Below are positions 56,801-64,000 of a stretch of 64,000 nt of DNA, in pieces (the first letter of the stretch is position 1; each line of letters starts with the position of its first letter). Made by a program: the position numbers and the translations under genes. The notes under the pieces were generated by a model. That model was not told where the DNA came from. It did no database searches and saw only the letters and a list, made by a program, of their open reading frames with translations. Source of the DNA: the human T2T-CHM13v2.0 reference genome, Homo sapiens; the NCBI RefSeq assembly GCF_009914755.1, contig NC_060925.1. One strand, given 5' to 3'.

Positions 56801-59800
56801 GAATCGAAGAGAATCATCGAATGGACCCGAATGGAATCATCTAATGGAATGGAATGGAATAATCCATGGACTCGAATGCAATCATCATCGAATGGAATCG
56901 AATCGAATCATCGAATGGACTCGAATGGAATAATCATTGAACGGAATCGCATGGAGGCATCATCGGATGGAACTGAATGGAATCATCATCGAATGGAATC
57001 GAATAGAATTATGGAATGAAATCCAGGGTGATCATCATCGAATGGACCCGAATGGAATCATCATCCAACGGAAGCTAATGGAATCAACATCGAATGAATC
57101 GAATGGAAACACCATCGAATTGAAACGAATGGAATTATCATGAAAGTGAAATGGATGGACTCGTCATCGAATGGATTCGAATGGAATCATCGAATAAAAT
57201 TGATTGAAATCATCATCAAGTGGAATCGAATGGTATCATTGAATGGAATCGAATGGAATCATCAGATGGAAATGAATTGAATCGTCATAGAATGGAATCG
57301 AATGGATTCATTGAATGGAATCAGATGGAATCATCGAATGGACTGGAATGGAATCATTGAATGGACTCGAAAGGGATCATTATTGAATGGAATTGAATGG
57401 AATCATCGAATGGTCTCGATTGGAATCATTATCAAATGCAATCGAATGGAATCACCGAATAGAATCGAATGGAACAATCATCGAATGGACACAAATGGAA
57501 TTATCCTCAAATGGAATCGAATGGAATTATCGAATGCAATCGAATGGAATTATCGAATGCAATCGAATAGAATCATCGAATAGATTCGAATGGAATCATC
57601 GAATGGAATGGAATGGAACAGTCAATGAACTCGAATGGAATCATCATTGAATGGAATCAAATGGAATCATCGAGTGGAATCGAATGGAATTTTGATCAAA
57701 AAGAATCGAATGTAATAATCATCAAATGGAATCAAAAATAACCATCATCAATTGGTATTGAATGGAATTGTCATCAAATGGAATTCAAAGGAATCATCAT
57801 CAAATGGAACCGAATGGAATCCTCATTGAATGGAAATGAAAGGGGTCATCATCTAATGGAATCACATGGAATCATCATCAAATGGAATCGAAAGGAATCA
57901 TCATCAAATGGAATCTAATGGAATCATTGAACAGAATTGAATGGAATCGTCATCGAATGAATTGAATACAATCATCGAATGGTCTCGAATGGAATCATCT
58001 TCTAATGGAAAGGAATGGAATCATCGCATAGAATCGAATGGAATTAACATTGAATGGACTCGAATGGAATCAACATCTAACGGAATCAAGCGGAATTATC
58101 GAATGTAATCGAAGAGAACCATCGAATGGACTCGAATGGAATCATCTAATGGAATGGAATGGAATAATCCACGGACCCGAATGCAATCATCATCGTATAG
58201 AATCGAATGGAATCATTGAATGGACTCGAATGGAATCATCATTGAACGCAATCGAATGGAATCATCATCGGATGGAAACGAATGGAATTATCATCGAATG
58301 GAAATGAAAGGAGTCATCATCTAATGGAATCGCATGGAATCATCATAAAATGGAATCGAATGGAATCAACATCAAATGGAATCAAATGGAATCATTGAAC
58401 GGAATTGAATGGAATCGTCATCGTATGAATTGAATGCAATCATCGAATGGTCTCGAATGGAATCATCTTCAAATGGAATGGAATGGAATCATCGCATAGA
58501 ATCGAATGGAATTATCATCGAATGGAATCGAAAGGTATCAACATCAAACGGAAAAAAACGGAATTATCGAATGGAATCGAAGAGAATCATCGAACGGACC
58601 CGAATGGAATCATCTAATGGAAAGGAATGGAATAATCCATGGACTCGAATCCAATAATCATCGAATGGAATCGAATGGAATCATTGAAAGGACTCTAATG
58701 GAATAATCATTGAACGGAATCGAATGGAATCATCATCGAATGGAAACTAATGGAATCATCATCGAATGGAAATGAAAGGAGTCATCTAATGGAATTGCAC
58801 GGAATCAACATAAAATGGAATCGAATGGAATCAACATCAAATGGAATGAAATGGAATCATTGAACGGAATTGAATGGAATCTTCATCGAATGAATTGAAT
58901 GCAATCATCGAATGGTCTCGAATGGAATCATCTTCAAATGGAATGGAATGGAATCATCGCATAGAATCGAATGGAATTATCATCGAATGGAATCGAATGG
59001 AATCAACATCAAACGGAAAAAAACGGAATTATCGAATGGAATCGAAGAGAATCATAGAATGGTCCCGAATGGAATCGTCTAATGGAATGGAATGGAATAA
59101 TCCATGGACTCGAATGCAATCATCATCTAATGGAATCGAATGGAATCATCGAATGGACTCGAATGGAATAATCATTGAACGGAATCGAATGGAATCATCA
59201 TCGGATGGAAATTAATGGAATCATTATCGAATGGAATCGAATAGAATAATGGAATGAAATCCAGTGTCATCATCATCGAATGGACCCGAATGGAATCATC
59301 ATCCAACGGAAGCTAATGGAATCAACATCGAATGAATCGAATGGAAACACCATCGAATTGAAACGAGTGGAATTATCATGAAATTGAAATGGATGGACTC
59401 ATCATCGAATGGATTCGAATGGAATCATCGAATAAAATTGATTGAAATCGTCATCAAATGGAATCGAATGGAAGCATTGAATGGAATCGAATGGAATCAT
59501 CATCAGATGGAAATGAATGGAATCGTCATAGAATGGAATCGAATGGATTCATTGAATGGAATCAGATGGAATCTTCGAATGGACTGGAATGGAATCATTG
59601 AATGGACTCGAAAGGGATCATTATTGAATGGAATTGAATTGAATCATCGAATGGTCTCGATTGGAATCATTATCAAATGGAATCGAATGGAATCACCGAA
59701 TAGAATCGAATGGAACAATCATCGAATGGACTCAAATGAAATTATCCTCAAGTGGAATCGAATGGAATTATCGAATGCAATCGAATGGAATTATCGAATG

Positions 59801-62800
59801 CAATCGAATAGAATCATCGAATGGACTCGAATGGAATCATCAAATGGAATGGAATGGAACAGTCAATGAACTCGAATGGAATCATCATTGAATGGAATCG
59901 AATGGAATCATCGAGTGGAATCGAATGGAATTATGATCAAATGGAATCGAATGTAATCATCATCAAATGGAATCAAAAATAACCATCATCAATTGGTATT
60001 CAATGGAATTGTCATCAAATGGAATTCAAAGGTATCATCATCAAATGGAACCGAATGGAATCCTCATTGAATGGAAATGAAAGGGGTCATCATCTAATGG
60101 AATCGCATGGAATCATCATCAAATGGAATCGAATGGAATCATCATCAAATGGAATCTAATGGAATCATTGAACAGAATTGAATGGAACCGTCATCGAATG
60201 AATTGAATGCAATCATCGAATGGTCTCGAATGGAATCATCTTCTAATGGAAAGGAATGGAATCATCGCATAGAATCGAATGGAATTAACATTGAATGGAC
60301 TCGAATGGAATCAACATCAAACGGAATCAAGCGGAATTATCGTATGGAATCGAAGAGAATCATGGAATGGACTCGAATGGAATCATCTAATGGAATGGAA
60401 TGGAATAATCCACGGACTCGAATGCAATCATCATCGTATAGAATCGAATGGAATCATCGAATGGACTCGAATGGAATAATCATTGAACGGAATCGAATGG
60501 AATCATCATCGGATGGAAACGAATGGAATCATCATCGAATGGAAATGAAAGGAGTCATCATCTAATGGAATTGCATGGAATCATCATAAAATGGAATCGA
60601 ATGGAATCAACATCAAATGGAATCAAATGGAATCATTGAACGGAATTGAATGGAATCGTCATCGAATGAATTGAATGCAATCATCGAATGGTCTCGAATG
60701 GAATCATCTTCAAATGGAATGGAATGGAATCATCGCATAGAATCGAATGGAATTATCATCGAATGGAATCGAATGGAATCAACATCAAACGGAAAAATCG
60801 GAATTATCGTATGGAATCGAAGAGAATCATCGAATGGACCCGAATGGAATCATCTAATGGAGTGGAATGGAATAATCCACGGACTCGAATGCAATCATCA
60901 TCGAATGGAATCGAATGGAATCATCGAATGGACTCGAATGGAATAATCATCGAACGGAATCGAATGGCGTCATCATCGGATGGAAATGAATGGAATCATC
61001 ATCGAATGGAATCGAATAGAATTATGGAATGAAATCCAGTGTGATCATCATCGAATGGACCCGAATGGAATCATCATCCAACGGAAGCTAATGGAATCAA
61101 CATCGAATGAATCGAATGGAAACACCATCGAATTGAAACGAATGGAATTATCATGAAATTGAAATGGATGGACTCATCATCGAATGGATTCGAATGGAAT
61201 CATCGAATAAAATTGATTGAAATCATCAACAAATGGAATCGAATGGTATCATTGAATGGAATCGAATGGAATCATCATCAGATAGAAATGAATGGAATCG
61301 TCATAGAATGGAATCGAATGGTTTCATTGAATGGAATCAGATGGAATCATCGAATGGACTGGAATGGAATCATTGAATGGACTCGAAAGGATTCATTATT
61401 GAATGGAATTGAATGGAATCATCGAATGGTCTCGATTCGAATCATTATCAAATGGAATCGAATGGAATCACCGAATAGAATCGCATGGAACAATCATCGA
61501 ATGGACTCAAATGGAATTATCCTCAAATGGAATCGAATGGAAATATCGAATGCAATCGAATGGAATTATCGAATGCAATCGAATAGAATCATCGAATGGA
61601 CTCGAATGGAATCATCGAATGGAATGGAATGGAACAGTCAATGAACTCGAATGGAATCATCATTGAATGGAATCGAATGGAATCATCGAGTGGAATCGAA
61701 TGGAATTATGATCAAATGGAATCGAATGTAATCATCATCAAATGGAATCAAAAATAACCATCATCAATTGGTATTGAATGGAATTGTCATCAAATGGAAT
61801 TCAAAGGAATCATCATCAAATGGAACCGAATGGAATCCTCATTGAATGGAAATGAAAGGGGTCATCATCTAATGGAATCGCATGGAATCATCATCAAATG
61901 GAATCGAATGGAATCATCATCAAATGGAATCTAATGGAATCATTGAACAGAATTGAATGGAATCGTCATCGAATGAATTGAATGCAATCATCGAATGGTC
62001 TCGAATGGAATCATCTTCTAATGGAAAGGAATGGAATCACCGCATAGAATCGAATGGAATTAACATAGAATGGACTCGAATGGAATCCACATCAAACGGA
62101 ATCAAGCGGAATTATCGAATGGAATCGAAGAGAATCATCGAATGGACTCGAATGGAATCATCTAATGGAATGGAATGGAATAATCCACGGACTCGAATGC
62201 AATCATCATCGTATAGAATCGAATGGAATCATTGAATGGACTCGAATGGAATAATCATTGAACGGAATCAAATGGAATCATCATCGGATGGAAACGAATG
62301 GAATCATCATGGAATGGAAAAGAAAAGAGTCATCATCTAATGGAATTGCATGGAATCATCATAAAATGGAATCGAATGGAATCAACATCAAATGGAATCA
62401 AATGGAATCATTGAACGGAATTGAATGGAATCGTCATCGAATGAATTGAATGCAATCATCGAATGGTCTCGAATGGAATCATCTTCTAATGGAAAGTAAT
62501 GGAATCATCGCATAGAATCGAATGGAATTAAAATTGAATGGACTCGAATGGAATCAACATCAAACGGAAAAAAAGGGAATTATCGAATGGAATCGAAGAG
62601 AATCATCGAATGGACCCGAATGGAATCATCTAATGGAATGGAATGGAATAATCCATGGACTCGAATGCAATCATCATCGAATGGAATCGAATGGAATCAT
62701 CGAATGGACTCGAATGGAATAATCATTGAACGGAATCGAATGGAATCATCATCGGATGGAAACGAATGGAATCATCATCGAATGGAAATGAAAGGAGTCA

Positions 62801-64000
62801 TGTAATGGAATTACATGGAATCATCATAAAATGGAATTGAATGGAATCAACATCAAATGGAATCCAATGGAATCATTGAACGGAATTGAATGAATCGTCT
62901 TCGAATCAATTGAATGCAATCATCGAATGGTCTCGAATGGAATCATGTTCAAATGGAATGGAATGGAATCATCGCATAGAATCGAATGTAATTATCGTCG
63001 AATGGAATCGAATGAAATCAACAACAAACGGAAAAAAAAAGGAATTATCGAATGGAATCAAAGAGAATCATCAAATGGACCCGAATGGAATCATCTAATG
63101 GAATGGAATGGAATAATCCATGGACTCGAATGCAATCATCATCGAATGGACTCGAATGGAATAATCATAGAACGGAATCGAATGGAATCATCATCGGATG
63201 GAAATTAATGGAATCATCATCGAATGGAATCGAATAGAATTATGGAATGAAATCCAGTGTGATCATCATCGAATGCACCCGAATGGAATCATCATCCAAC
63301 GGAATCTAATGGAAACAACATCGAATGAATCGAATGGAAACACCATCGAATTGAAACGAGTGGAATTATCATGAAATTGAAATGGATGGACTCATCATCG
63401 AATGGATTCGAATGGAATCATCGAATAAAATTGATTGAAATCATCATCAAATGGAATCGAATGGTATCATTGAATGGAATCGAATGGAATCATCATCAGA
63501 TGGAAATGAATGGAATCGTCATAGAATGGAATCGAATGGATTCATTGAATGGAATCAGATGGAATCATCGAATGGACTGGAATGGAATCATTGAATGGAC
63601 TCGAGAGGGATCATTATTGAATGGAATTGAATGGAATCATGGAATGGTCTCGATTGGAATCATTATCAAATGGAATCGAATGGAATCACCGAACAGAATC
63701 GAATGGAACCATCATCGAATGGACTCCAATGGAATTATCCTCAAATGGAATCGAATGGAATTATCGAATGCAATCGAATGGAATTATCGAATGCAGTCGA
63801 ATAGAATCATCGAATGGACTCGAATGGAATCATCGAATGGAATGGAATGGAACAGTCAATGAACTCGAATGGAATCATCATTGAATGGAATCGAATGGAA
63901 TCATCGAGTGGAATCGAATGGAATTATGATCAAATGGAATCGAATGTAATCATCATCAAATGGAATCAAAGATAACCATCATCAATTGGTATTGAATGGA
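53838..64000 (+). repeat. More diverged HSat2 layer in which a C-type subrepeat replaces A
   Basis: The first subrepeat of every unit (54392, 56168, 57941, 60182, 61957) has AATTAACAT(T/A)GAATGGACTCG, GGAATCAAGCGG, CCACGGAC and TCGTATAG. Unit lengths are 1,776, 1,773, 2,241, 1,775 and 2,218, with visibly more private substitutions. Confidence 0.85.

Larger units (their letters stand above)
1..64000 (+). repeat. Human satellite 2 (HSat2/HSATII) tandem array, GGAAT strand on +, most likely the 1.77-kb 1q12-type (HSat2A-like) family
   Basis: Entire window consists of degenerate AATCATCGAATGGAATCGAATGG (23 bp) and AATCATCATCGAATGGAATCGAATGG (26 bp) monomers. These are the reverse complement of the ATTCCATTCG + (ATG)1-2 signature of satellite 2, with very frequent TCGA. 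Landmarks recur every 1,776 bp with one GAATTC per unit. Family call is secure; chromosome and subfamily are inference from unit length. Confidence 0.97.

Noticed and set aside
184-63884. Numerous 60-163 aa ORFs on the + strand
   Set aside because: Overlapping frames, low-complexity translations of GGAAT monomers, repeated with the unit and freely broken by stops and frameshifts. No recognisable domain; not called as CDS.
1-64000. CRISPR-like or other prokaryotic repeat system
   Set aside because: No unique spacers between repeats, and no cas or other genes; every base is satellite.
1-64000. HSat3 or telomeric repeat
   Set aside because: Pure GGAAT runs are only a few copies long. ATC insertions and TCGA dominate, which is the HSat2 signature, and there are no TTAGGG arrays.
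1-64000. Inversion or Alu/L1 insertion within the array
   Set aside because: No CATTC-strand segment, poly(A) tail or non-satellite stretch was seen; orientation is uniform throughout.

Overview
The whole 64-kb window is one uninterrupted, single-orientation array of classical human satellite 2 (HSat2/HSATII), with the (GGAAT)n-derived purine-rich strand on +. It is built from 23/26-bp monomers arranged in a 1,776-bp unit (two ~468-bp subrepeats plus an ~840-bp segment) with one EcoRI site per unit. This matches the 1.77-kb satellite typical of human 1q12 pericentromeric heterochromatin; the chromosome assignment is inferred, not proven. I see no genes, RNA genes, transposon insertions, CRISPR arrays or inversions. 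All listed ORFs are translation artefacts of the repeat. I did not find a new gene system. The real signal is array architecture: (1) 468-bp subrepeat copy number varies from 1 to 4; (2) a 713-bp deletion, a 147-bp duplication and a 23-bp deletion each recur; (3) a 4,612-bp higher-order repeat is emerging near 40-52 kb; (4) SNP-defined sister blocks sit 3,552, 7,697, 9,599, 12,060 and 13,024 bp apart; (5) the array switches at ~53-54 kb to a more diverged layer whose subrepeat types suggest how the dominant 1,776-bp unit arose. Unit lengths were derived from the ORF-track coordinates and variants were read by eye, so they need alignment confirmation.
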